From positions 62,001 to 126,000 of the IMG/VR virus record IMGVR_UViG_3300044641_009805: 64,000 nucleotides of DNA; one strand, 5' to 3'. Below are positions 52,430-61,763 of this stretch, one piece after another. The position numbers and the translations under genes were made by a program. The number at the start of each line of letters is the position of its first letter. The stretch's first letter is position 1. The notes under the pieces are model-generated. The model searched no databases, was not told the origin of the DNA, and saw only the letters and a list, made by a program, of their open reading frames with translations.

Positions 52430-54919
52430 TTAATTTGCCTGTTCTATTAAAATCTTAGAAGATTCTACAGTATTACCTGAAGTGTAATCTAAATAAACGG
52501 GCGTCAAAAGGTAAGAAACAAGTCCTATATCATCTTTTGTTAAGTTATGAATAAAATTATGCAAATCAGAAAAGCTAGCCGACTTGCCCACCAAGGTTCT
52601 AACGTCATCAGTTGTTTTCATTACAAGTATATGATCAATTAAATTAGGATCTCCATCAATTTTCCAAGTTAGATAATTTTTGCTATTCGTTTGTCTAATT
52701 GAAAGACCATTTATCCGCGGATTTTTATTGGCAAATGAGATAGGAACTTCATAACTAGTTCCAAGCATACCTTTCATCATCTCTGGTCTTGGGTCGTTTT
52801 TTATAAAGTGATCTGATACAACATTTCCTTTTAACAAGGTCGCTGGATGGTGATGTTTTTGTGGGGTTATTTTGTAACTTTTCTTTGTTTCAGTATCAAC
52901 CATGTCTATGACTTTGTCAACGACAGTATTTGGATCTCTGACCAACGGATATATCACATACTTGTAAGATTGGCCGATTTCTACTGTCTTTATTCCTCTT
53001 TTACCTGATTCTATAGAATCAGAAAAAGTAGAATCATTGGAAATGATTCCCATGTCATCGACGTCACCCGTTAACGTGTTGTATCTGGTTATGCTGAATG
53101 CTATTAATTCAGAAAGTGTGCTTCTACCTACAGGATCTGAAATCTGCAATTGATCCAACATAGTCCTCAACATCTTGGTTTGATCATCAACTACGCTAGC
53201 AGCCACAGAAAATTGAACATCTATGGTATTTCCTCTGTTAGAAACAGTTAATGGTTTAGATATAACAACGTTTAGCGGAGTTCCGACGGGCGGAATATAC
53301 TCTAGACAAGCAGAATAATTTGATGGTATTTCATCTCCCATTTCGGTAATTAAAATCGTCTTAAATTCGTAAAGGTTATATGGGATTAAATTTTTTACAA
53401 TTAATCTAGAACTGTTTTGTTTATCAGAAAAATTGAAATTATTTACAACTTCAAAGTTTTTCTTACCGGTCGTCGCATTTCTTACTAAGAGTTTAGCGGC
53501 GACGACGTCTGGCAAATAATCGTTATATGCTGTTATCTCTATTCCTTCTCCTCCTTGTTTCGATAAGGAAGGAATAATGATTAATTTTCTTTCATTTACT
53601 CTAGGATTATCTCTTATCACCACATCAGTAAATTCATAAGATTGAATTTTTGTTATCCCGTTAAAAGGCACAAATCGAAAAATCGCTATGTTGTCTTTTA
53701 AATTAATAATGTTGAAACTAGCTTCTCCTTCTTTCGTTGTAACAGGAACAGAAGCTAGTTTTACATATTTCTCTCTTAAATTTCCATTGTTTATTGTTCG
53801 TTTATACACCGAAACAAAATTAGCGTTTGCATCCAATTGTTTTATTTTGAAAGTGATGTTTTGATTTGTCTTTGAAAATCTAACAAGAGGCGGAGTCGTA
53901 GGACGAAAAAGATTCGAAATGTAAGACTGTATGTTTAGATCTTTTTCTATTTTTTCAATGACCTTAACTTCTTTAACACCAGATTTTTTTGCTGTTGACT
54001 TCAAAAGTTCAAAGCTGACCAAAACCGTAGACTGATCTTTTGCAACTGATTCTTTTATATTAATTTCAGTATCTATCGAAATCTTATCATCAAAGATATC
54101 TTGAATAGACGCAAAAAAATCTTTTTTTGTTTCAAGACTTCTTTGACCTTCAAAAAGATGAGCATTAAGTAATTTTGTTTTTATATCTCCTACATATTCT
54201 TCTGTTTTTTGTTTTCTAGAAGTTCCTGAAGATGCATTATGAATTGATAAAGATCTATCTGAGAGTTGCGTTATTTGAGATGGCGAATTTTCTTTATTGA
54301 ATATTAGCTTTAATCTTTCATTTTTGACATTAACGAATGTAGAAAGATTGTTTTTCAGCAGTGTATCATTGTCTTTTATTTCTACAGTGTTGTGACCTAC
54401 TTGAGCTTCTAAAATAGAGTTCTTTGAAAAATTATTTATTTCGTTCTTTGCTAAGAACACTAGTTTGGATTTTTTTAATCCTTTAAGCTCACTTATGTCA
54501 TCACCATTTTTTAGAGCATTTAAGATTTGGTTGTTTACTCTTGAACCAATATCAGATTCTTTGATTAGTATTATAGAATCTTTTTCTTCTTTGTTTGAAT
54601 TGACAATGTTTATCTTTTGCATTAAGATATTTTCTACTAATTTTTTAGTATCAACTGATCCTACTTTAGTAGATTGAGTAATGCTATTTTTTGTTTTGTT
54701 TTTCTTTTTTACTGTGATTCTAACTGACAACGCATTCTCTTGCGTGACTTTTATTTGAGAAACCTTGTAAGTAAATTTGAACTTTAAACATGAATCAATG
54801 CGTTGGCTTTTAAAATCAGAACTAGAAGAAGCTGGTGGTCCTGTAATTTCTACCAACTCGGCAAAATTATCATCTATTTCTAATAATCCTTTTACGTTAT
54901 TTGCTGGATTAAAGTACAT
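52430..54919 (-). CDS. Putative structural protein with FN3-like segments
   Basis: VKNLIPYNLYEF, GQSYKYVIYP. Confidence 0.65.
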   Translation of the reverse strand: MYFNPANNVKGLLEIDDNFAELVEITGPPASSSSDFKSQRIDSCLKFKFTYKVSQIKVTQENALSVRITVKKKNKTKNSITQSTKVGSVDTKKLVENILMQKINIVNSNKEEKDSIILIKESDIGSRVNNQILNALKNGDDISELKGLKKSKLVFLAKNEINNFSKNSILEAQVGHNTVEIKDNDTLLKNNLSTFVNVKNERLKLIFNKENSPSQITQLSDRSLSIHNASSGTSRKQKTEEYVGDIKTKLLNAHLFEGQRSLETKKDFFASIQDIFDDKISIDTEINIKESVAKDQSTVLVSFELLKSTAKKSGVKEVKVIEKIEKDLNIQSYISNLFRPTTPPLVRFSKTNQNITFKIKQLDANANFVSVYKRTINNGNLREKYVKLASVPVTTKEGEASFNIINLKDNIAIFRFVPFNGITKIQSYEFTDVVIRDNPRVNERKLIIIPSLSKQGGEGIEITAYNDYLPDVVAAKLLVRNATTGKKNFEVVNNFNFSDKQNSSRLIVKNLIPYNLYEFKTILITEMGDEIPSNYSACLEYIPPVGTPLNVVISKPLTVSNRGNTIDVQFSVAASVVDDQTKMLRTMLDQLQISDPVGRSTLSELIAFSITRYNTLTGDVDDMGIISNDSTFSDSIESGKRGIKTVEIGQSYKYVIYPLVRDPNTVVDKVIDMVDTETKKSYKITPQKHHHPATLLKGNVVSDHFIKNDPRPEMMKGMLGTSYEVPISFANKNPRINGLSIRQTNSKNYLTWKIDGDPNLIDHILVMKTTDDVRTLVGKSASFSDLHNFIHNLTKDDIGLVSYLLTPVYLDYTSGNTVESSKILIEQAN

Positions 54920-54937
54920 AACAGTTATTTACCTTTG

Positions 54938-55921
54938 CTATTCAAAAACCACTGTAAAAAGTCTAACGAACGTGTTAGTACCATTATCATCCAACAACAC
55001 TTTTCCAACGAAAAATGCTTGTTTCATCTTATTTTTGTAACGATAAGATCCATAATCTATAACGTCTAGCTTTTTCATTTCTTCTTCATTTACTTCAAAG
55101 AATTGAGAAACTAATTTATTATTTAAAGATGTCGGATCAAAGACTATCGTTTTTTTGTATCCTAATTTTTCAAAGTTTGCTAAATCATCTTCTAACTTAA
55201 CAAAATCATACTTTTCAGCTTGATTTAAAGGCTGGTAATCGCCTATCTTGTTAGATTCAATTATTTCTTTTGAAGATTTATCCACCAAGTCGTTTTGCAC
55301 CTTATTTATTGGCGGCAAAAATTTGAAATTTAATACGTTGCTAAGCAACTTATCATTGAATAAACTTGGTATATCATTCAAGTTTTTTTCATAAAATTGG
55401 GGGCTAGAAATTGGATTATCTTTCAATATCTTAAATTCTATCTCACTATTTCCAATACCAAATCCATCATCTTCAAACAAATAATCTCTAGTCCCTAAGA
55501 CATAAAGCTTTTTGTAGTTATCTATTGAAGAGTTCAACAGGCTCTCTGCTGTTGAAGCAAACTGAGAGCCTGTCAAATAAACAGTCTCTTCTCTAGAAGA
55601 ACCTTCAAAGACTTGATTAATGACTTTTTTGGATAATTTTCCATTCAATACATCAATTTCATTAGCATTTTTGAATGGTTTTAATTTTCCTGAATCATCT
55701 GCTTCAAAAGTGATTTGATCTTGAGGTAAATGACATTGCTCAAAATACAACCTTTTAGTTACATCAGCAGATCCGCTAACGACATCCGCGCTATAAAAAG
55801 TGGAACTATCAGTAAAGCTGATGTATTCTATCTTTAATTTTCCATCAGCAATTTGCTTCCTGCCTTCCAACGTAACGATGGTATCCATGATACGTTTTCG
55901 GCTGTCTAATATACCACTCAT
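54938..55921 (-). CDS. Putative structural protein, N-terminus similar to 45716-46435
   Basis: GILD...IMDTIVTLEGRKQIADG...SFTDSSTFY. Confidence 0.7.
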   Translation of the reverse strand: MSGILDSRKRIMDTIVTLEGRKQIADGKLKIEYISFTDSSTFYSADVVSGSADVTKRLYFEQCHLPQDQITFEADDSGKLKPFKNANEIDVLNGKLSKKVINQVFEGSSREETVYLTGSQFASTAESLLNSSIDNYKKLYVLGTRDYLFEDDGFGIGNSEIEFKILKDNPISSPQFYEKNLNDIPSLFNDKLLSNVLNFKFLPPINKVQNDLVDKSSKEIIESNKIGDYQPLNQAEKYDFVKLEDDLANFEKLGYKKTIVFDPTSLNNKLVSQFFEVNEEEMKKLDVIDYGSYRYKNKMKQAFFVGKVLLDDNGTNTFVRLFTVVFE

Positions 55922-55964
55922 AGCAATAAATTATGTTTGATGTCATTATATGCAACCAAACAAT

Positions 55965-57356
55965 TTACAATATTTGAGAAGCCAATGTAGCAAGTTCGCT
56001 TCTTTCTCCTTTTAGCATAGTAACGTGTCCAGCTATATCATACTCTTTAAATTTTTCAATTGCGTATGTTAAACCGCATGTGTATGCATCAACATGCACA
56101 TTGTCGATCTGTTCAATATCTCCAGTAAGAACTATCTTTGTTCCGTCTCCTACTCTGGTTATGATCGTCTTTAATTCATGCATTGAAAGGTTTTGAGCCT
56201 CATCAATGACTATAAAAGAATTAGGTATAGATCTTCCTCTGATGAAGGTAATCGCTTCAATCTCAATTAACCCTTTTTCTTGCATTAAAGACAAATACGC
56301 ATTGCTATCGGTCTTGTTCCACCCGCTGTCTGCTTTTGTTCCGCCTCTGACTTTTGCTGCGTTACCTCTCTTACTTCCCATTAAGAAATTTAAATTGTCT
56401 TTGATGGGAGATATCCAAGGTTCCATTTTTTCTTGTAAAGTTCCAGGTAAAAATCCGATGTCTTTTCCTACAGGCTGAACTGGCTTTGTTACTATTAATT
56501 TTGAATACCTGGCTACTTCTGGACTTCCTATTCCTTTTAGCTGTTCTAGTGCTGCGGCTAACGCTAACAGGGTTTTTCCGCTTCCGCTTAATCCGACCAA
56601 GGTTAAAAGCTTAACGTCAGGATCAAAAAGCAAATCTAAAGAAAATGCTTGTTCTTTGTTCCTAGGTTTTAACCCAAAGACATTTTCAAACTTCTCGATT
56701 GGAACAAGCGTTTTAACTCCGTCAACAACTTTTAACTTTGTTATTGCTGATTTTACTGTCTTTTCGTTCTCTACGTGCTTGATTATGACGACTTGGTTTG
56801 GATATCTGACTTGAGGAACATCGATTACTAATTTTTCCTGATGATAAAAATTGTCTATTTCATCTTCAGATAGCTCTACAACTTCTACTCCTTTGTAAAA
56901 AGTTTTTGGATCATTAGTAATTCTTAATTTCAAATAATCTTCAGATACTATTCCTAAAGCATCACACTTAATTCTTACGTTAATATCTTTAGAAACCAGT
57001 ATGTAATCTCTTGGTAATCCTAACATTAAGCTTATGATTACGTTGTCTGCCTTCGTTGGATCTAGTTCTACTGGTAGTTTTTCTTTTACAACTGTAGAAT
57101 CAACTGATACTACTCGTAAAATTCCGCCTTCAGGCAATGCAACTCCGTCTATCAAACTATCATTAGATGATCTCATACCATCCAATGTTCTGCTCACGCT
57201 TCTGGCGTTGTGTCCTACTTCATCCATTCTGCTTTTATGGTGGTCTAATTCCTCTAAAACCACCATTGGAATAATGACATCATTATCTTGAAATGAAAAT
57301 ATAGCATTAGGATCGCTTAAAAGAACGTTCGTGTCAAGGACGTATGTTTTTTTCAT
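55965..57356 (-). CDS. phoH: PIN-PhoH (PhoH2-type) ATPase
   Basis: YVLDTNVLL PIN, SKDINVRIK, GLSGSGKT, GFLPG, IRGRS, IDEAQN, GDIEQID. Confidence 0.93.
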   Translation of the reverse strand: MKKTYVLDTNVLLSDPNAIFSFQDNDVIIPMVVLEELDHHKSRMDEVGHNARSVSRTLDGMRSSNDSLIDGVALPEGGILRVVSVDSTVVKEKLPVELDPTKADNVIISLMLGLPRDYILVSKDINVRIKCDALGIVSEDYLKLRITNDPKTFYKGVEVVELSEDEIDNFYHQEKLVIDVPQVRYPNQVVIIKHVENEKTVKSAITKLKVVDGVKTLVPIEKFENVFGLKPRNKEQAFSLDLLFDPDVKLLTLVGLSGSGKTLLALAAALEQLKGIGSPEVARYSKLIVTKPVQPVGKDIGFLPGTLQEKMEPWISPIKDNLNFLMGSKRGNAAKVRGGTKADSGWNKTDSNAYLSLMQEKGLIEIEAITFIRGRSIPNSFIVIDEAQNLSMHELKTIITRVGDGTKIVLTGDIEQIDNVHVDAYTCGLTYAIEKFKEYDIAGHVTMLKGERSELATLASQIL

Positions 57357-57418
57357 GTTGATTTCAATATCTTCTTTGAACAATGTACCTTTTTTGCCTA
57401 AAGTATAAACAAATTCTA

Positions 57419-57697
57419 ATGACAAAAAGCAAAAGTTTACCAATACTAAAACAATCAGCTACTTGCTTTGAGACGCATGCTAAATACAACGTCAACTGCA
57501 ATAAAGACAGCTGCAAAAATTACATGAATGATAAAAATAATCAAAACTGTGTAATCGTTGCAGCTCAAAAAGGACCATATACCCTACAAAATATAGGAAA
57601 AATATATGGATTGACAAGAATGAGAATTTGTCAAATAGAAAAAAACATCATTCAAAAGTTAAAGTTTCAGCTGTTGTTTGATAATGATTTCTTTTGA
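57419..57697 (+). CDS. Stand-alone sigma70 region-4.2 HTH protein with Cys-rich N-terminus
   Basis: YTLQNIGKIYGLTRMRICQIEKNIIQKLK resembles RpoD TLEEVG..F.VTRERIRQIE..ALRKL. Confidence 0.8.
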   Translation: MTKSKSLPILKQSATCFETHAKYNVNCNKDSCKNYMNDKNNQNCVIVAAQKGPYTLQNIGKIYGLTRMRICQIEKNIIQKLKFQLLFDNDFF

Positions 57698-58086
57698 AAT
57701 AATTGCTTTTTCTTTTGCTTTTCTGACTGTTCATCAACACTTTTATCAGTTGAAAAATTAACTTCCACTTTTTCTTCAAGAATTGCGGATTCAGCGTCAG
57801 CTTCTTTTTCTTTTAAGGAAGCATTAGTAGTAATGGTAGCTTTTTCGTTTTCAACTCTAGGACTAACGTCCACAATTTCGGTAAGCTTTTCTTGCTTTAA
57901 AGTTTCTACCTTAGTGGATTCTTCTTGCGCCGGTACAAAAACGAAACCTGGTTTAAGATTAAGATCTTTCTTCTTTTTTGAAGAAACATTCTTAAGCTTT
58001 CCATCTTTAGACAAAGATCTATGGGATTTTTTTGGATCTAATCCCAAGTTTAAGATATCTGCTAGGACTGCTCTAGGTGCTGGCAT
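57667..58086 (-). CDS. Hypothetical charged protein
   Basis: GAGG SD. Confidence 0.65.
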   Translation of the reverse strand: MPAPRAVLADILNLGLDPKKSHRSLSKDGKLKNVSSKKKKDLNLKPGFVFVPAQEESTKVETLKQEKLTEIVDVSPRVENEKATITTNASLKEKEADAESAILEEKVEVNFSTDKSVDEQSEKQKKKQLFQKKSLSNNS

Positions 58087-58124
58087 TTTTTCCTCTTATT
58101 CAATTTAAATTTGAATATTAATTC

Positions 58125-58148
58125 AAACGGGTGCTGAAGCACCCGTTT
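58125..58148 (-). terminator. Terminator-like hairpin
   Basis: AAACGGGTGC-TGAA-GCACCCGTTT downstream of the Hc1-like gene. Confidence 0.75.
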
Positions 58149-58157
58149 AATAATTAT

Positions 58158-58361
58158 TCACTTTGAATCTTTTGAACTTTTTTCAAAAGCAATCGTTGTT
58201 TTCACCATGTCGGATGCTTTTGTTTTTAATTCTCTCAAACCTTTTCTGACTCTGACGCCAGCCGCAGCAACTCCTCTAGCTGATTTTGCAACGTCATGTT
58301 CAAGAGATTCAACTAAAGATTTAACTTCATTCCATTTTGCTAAAACTTCATTATCGGACAT
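58158..58361 (-). CDS. Histone H1-like (Hc1-family) protein
   Basis: DVAKSARGVAAAGVRVRKGLRELK resembles the GNKAAGTRARK Hc1 motif; GGAGG SD. Confidence 0.78.
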   Translation of the reverse strand: MSDNEVLAKWNEVKSLVESLEHDVAKSARGVAAAGVRVRKGLRELKTKASDMVKTTIAFEKSSKDSK

Positions 58362-58414
58362 TTGATTGTTACCTCCAGAATTAATATACGGAATCACGTT
58401 TGCAGGTAAATATC

Positions 58415-60070
58415 TTAAAAAATTTTAAATGTTTCGTCAAACAATGTTCGATTCATTCTAAAAAACTTTTCCCAATCAGAATCTAATATGTAAGAGATTG
58501 CATGGTCACTTTCATTCCTAATTGATCTACCTAAAGATTGGATTATAGATTTGGCTGTCATATAAGGATACCAAAACTTGTTTTTTTCCATTCTCTTTTT
58601 TACGACCAAGTCTCCTAGATAAGGAAAAGGAATCTTACATATAATTTGAAAACGACTTAAATCGTCATGTAAGTCTACTCCTTCCATCATAGAAGGGCTG
58701 ACTAGCACAGTTGGATCCTTGCTGTTGACATGAAACTTTAGCATTTCTTCTCTATTGCTTGAATCATGAAGTACTAACCTGTGAGAATCTACGTTCTCTT
58801 TGATGTATTTTGCTACTTTGAAATTGGTACAATGAATGATTCCTTTTTCTTGAGGATGCTTTTCTAGCAACAATTTTACAACCTCTACCATTTTTGGAAG
58901 TGTAGAATCAATTGTCGATTTTGACATAGATCCTACAGGCAAAAAATGAACAGGCCTGTTTTCTACAGGAAATGGCGAAGGTATAGAAAGATAAGAAACA
59001 TCTTTCTCTTCAATGCCGATAGATCGAGAAAAAATTTCTTTGTTGACAATTGTTGCAGACATTAGCAACACTCTATTTCCTAATCTAAAAAAACTTGAAT
59101 ATGCGTAAGGTGAAACATCAATTGGTTTAAATTCGAATTTTTTACCTGCCTTCTTGTTATCGTATGAAGGTAATGCTACGTTCATGATCCAATTTTCAGG
59201 TTTATAGACTTCTATAAATCGATTGATCTTACACACATGTTTATCTAAAATCTCATATTGCTTTGAAAAATTGCCATATCCTTCAATATCATTGCTAAGT
59301 TTTTCTAGAGCCTTTTCTACTTCTTTGATGTGCTTCAACAAGGCTTTTTTGTAAGTCGAATTGATCCATTCAAAAATAGCAGATTGAGATTCTGATTTTG
59401 GAGACTTACACTTTAGAATGTCTCTAGCAAATTTTTCTGAAAAAGTAATCTCAATGAATTTTCCGAGCTCAGTTTCAGCATTGTGAGCTTCGTCTACGAT
59501 AAGCATAGCTCTAGGTTCTAATTTCCCTGCGTAAGTAGATTCTGCAAGAAGATAAGGAAAATTAGTAACAGCGATAGAAGAATCTATAAATTCTTGCTTT
59601 TCTATAGAATACTTGCAATTAGTTTTACAGTTTTTTTGAAAATCAGTTCCATTTAACTGTTTTCCTAAATTCATCAAGATTCTTTTAGATTCAGCGCACG
59701 TTTGATCTGAATAAAAAGAACACATATAATTGCTGGAAGATTTTATAGATTTGACAAGATTCTTCCCACAGCTTGGACCGAAGTCTCTTAGATACTGCTC
59801 TTGAAGAATTTTTTGCGTTGTAACCACATAAGAACCAACCAAACGATCACCATTCTCTCCAATTGAAATTGGAGCATGATTTTCCATGTATCTAGCAATT
59901 GTAATTCCTGTTGCGGATTTACCCACGCCAGTACCTAGCTCTAAGATTACATACTTCTTATTTTCGTTTAAGAAAGAGTTTAAAGCAAAGTTAATTGCTA
60001 CTTCTTGCTCTTTGCGAATCTTATCGAATGGAAAATACATTTTCCAATCTTCAATAGAGATTTTTTTCAT
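58415..60070 (-). CDS. DinG/YoaA-family helicase
   Basis: IRKEQ, GTGVGKS, VDEAH, MSAT, EGVD, KIPFP, QSLGRSIR. Confidence 0.9.
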   Translation of the reverse strand: MKKISIEDWKMYFPFDKIRKEQEVAINFALNSFLNENKKYVILELGTGVGKSATGITIARYMENHAPISIGENGDRLVGSYVVTTQKILQEQYLRDFGPSCGKNLVKSIKSSSNYMCSFYSDQTCAESKRILMNLGKQLNGTDFQKNCKTNCKYSIEKQEFIDSSIAVTNFPYLLAESTYAGKLEPRAMLIVDEAHNAETELGKFIEITFSEKFARDILKCKSPKSESQSAIFEWINSTYKKALLKHIKEVEKALEKLSNDIEGYGNFSKQYEILDKHVCKINRFIEVYKPENWIMNVALPSYDNKKAGKKFEFKPIDVSPYAYSSFFRLGNRVLLMSATIVNKEIFSRSIGIEEKDVSYLSIPSPFPVENRPVHFLPVGSMSKSTIDSTLPKMVEVVKLLLEKHPQEKGIIHCTNFKVAKYIKENVDSHRLVLHDSSNREEMLKFHVNSKDPTVLVSPSMMEGVDLHDDLSRFQIICKIPFPYLGDLVVKKRMEKNKFWYPYMTAKSIIQSLGRSIRNESDHAISYILDSDWEKFFRMNRTLFDETFKIF

Positions 60071-60138
60071 AAATGATAATCGTCTGAGGATTTACTCCCC
60101 AGACGATCATAAAGCAAACTATCGATCAATTACAAAGT

Positions 60139-60756
60139 TTATGCACCAATAATTTTATCCACGATGCCTAATTTGATTGCTTCTTCAGGAGTCACATAAA
60201 AATCATGTCCAGATTTCATGATTTTTTCGACTTGCTCTTTTGTCATGTTGGATTCTTTTTGAAGAGATGAAACCATCAATTCTTGTAGCCTTTTGAATTC
60301 GTTGGTTTCACTCATGGATTCAAAAACGTTTCCGTAAAAACCTCCTGATATAGGATGCATCATAAGTCTTGCTGATGATCCAATTAAGCGTTTGCCTTTC
60401 ACGCCAGAAGCTAGCAGTAGCACACCTGCTGACATTACTTTACCCAACGCTATTGTATGGACAGGACATGGCAAAAATCTGATGGTATCATAAAGCGAAA
60501 ACATTTCATCTACAGACCCTCCATAAGTAGAAACCACTAGATGAATTGGTTTGTGGTTTTGATTTGCTAAATACAAGAGCTGATAGATTACTGCGGAAAT
60601 TGATTGTTCGCTGACCCCTCCGTATAATACTACGATTCTAGAATCTTCTCCATGTTTTGGATGAGGGAGCAAAGCTGCTAACTCAGCTTCATCATGATCG
60701 CCGGTTTTATTTTTTGTTGTAAACGGAGTTTTTACGTTAATTGATCTTCCCATCAT
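60139..60756 (-). CDS. clpP: ClpP-family protease subunit
   Basis: STYGGSV, VMSAG (Ser), MMHP (His), DFYVTPEEAIKLGIVDKI. Confidence 0.9.
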   Translation of the reverse strand: MMGRSINVKTPFTTKNKTGDHDEAELAALLPHPKHGEDSRIVVLYGGVSEQSISAVIYQLLYLANQNHKPIHLVVSTYGGSVDEMFSLYDTIRFLPCPVHTIALGKVMSAGVLLLASGVKGKRLIGSSARLMMHPISGGFYGNVFESMSETNEFKRLQELMVSSLQKESNMTKEQVEKIMKSGHDFYVTPEEAIKLGIVDKIIGA

Positions 60757-60985
60757 CGCTCCTTGAGACAAAAATATCGTCTCCTGCAATTTCTTTAATC
60801 ACTTCTGTTAGGTCTTTTACATATTCTATATTCTCTAATTCAAGAGAAAGTAAATAAATAAGGAACATTTGTTGCCTTTGCGTAAGACCTACATTCAAAA
60901 TTTCTTTTACGATCTTTCGACATTCTTCATTTTCTTCTGCTAATTTTTCAGAAGAAAGCTTACCAAAAGTTTGCATATTACTCAC
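60737..60985 (-). CDS. Hypothetical protein
   Basis: Coupled ORF. Confidence 0.7.
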   Translation of the reverse strand: MSNMQTFGKLSSEKLAEENEECRKIVKEILNVGLTQRQQMFLIYLLSLELENIEYVKDLTEVIKEIAGDDIFVSRSDDGKIN

Positions 60986-61493
60986 CTAATGTTTCTTTTC
61001 TTATGTGAGAATCTACTTTGAATAATGAATCGCCTAAAATTCTGACGTATTTTATAACTTTATCTTCTTTTTCTACGTCAGTAGACAATATGACAATTTC
61101 TCCCCACTTTTTATTCTCAAGAATGTATTGAGCAAACTCCCAAGTAGGTAAATCACAATTGTGTCTATCTAATATCGAAGATAAGCTTTTGTTCATGGAA
61201 GATCTAATGTCTTCTATAGTCATAATAGAACTCATTGCATCTTTTCCACTCATTATTTCCGAAGAACATATGTCAACAACCTTGTGAACCACACCACAGT
61301 TATTACATTGAGAAAATTTCGGTTTTATTTGACCTTCAAATACTTCAGAAAAAACCACAAAACAATGAGGAGCAGGATTTGCAGTATTTTTCATTTGTGG
61401 CAAAATGCATCTACATTTTATTAGATGCTTTTGTCCAAAAGATTCTTTTAAGCTTGTTCCAGAATCCTGGATTTGGGCTTTTCTTTTCTTCAT
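60978..61493 (-). CDS. Cys-rich hypothetical protein
   Basis: HLIKCRC, QCNNCG..H. Confidence 0.75.
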   Translation of the reverse strand: MKKRKAQIQDSGTSLKESFGQKHLIKCRCILPQMKNTANPAPHCFVVFSEVFEGQIKPKFSQCNNCGVVHKVVDICSSEIMSGKDAMSSIMTIEDIRSSMNKSLSSILDRHNCDLPTWEFAQYILENKKWGEIVILSTDVEKEDKVIKYVRILGDSLFKVDSHIRKETLGE

Positions 61494-61499
61494 GATCTA

Positions 61500-61742
61500 C
61501 TATTTTTTTTTCTTTGGCTGTTCTTCAGTCATGTTTGATAAAGCGTTTAAGAAATTATTGTGGCCCTTATTGAATCCTTCATTAACTGACACATCAATAA
61601 GCCCTAAAATAGCAGGTAGTAAGCTTTCATTTACGTTAATTTGCTTCGTGTTGACAGCCGTGACTAAATTTCTCTTGGCGATTTCTTTTGTAACTTCAAA
61701 AAAATCCCAAGTTAATTTGCTTACTTTATTCTTGTTTAACAT
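61500..61742 (-). CDS. Hypothetical protein
   Basis: Co-directional ORF. Confidence 0.6.
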   Translation of the reverse strand: MLNKNKVSKLTWDFFEVTKEIAKRNLVTAVNTKQINVNESLLPAILGLIDVSVNEGFNKGHNNFLNALSNMTEEQPKKKK

Positions 61743-61763
61743 AAGTAAGATATAATTTATTAC

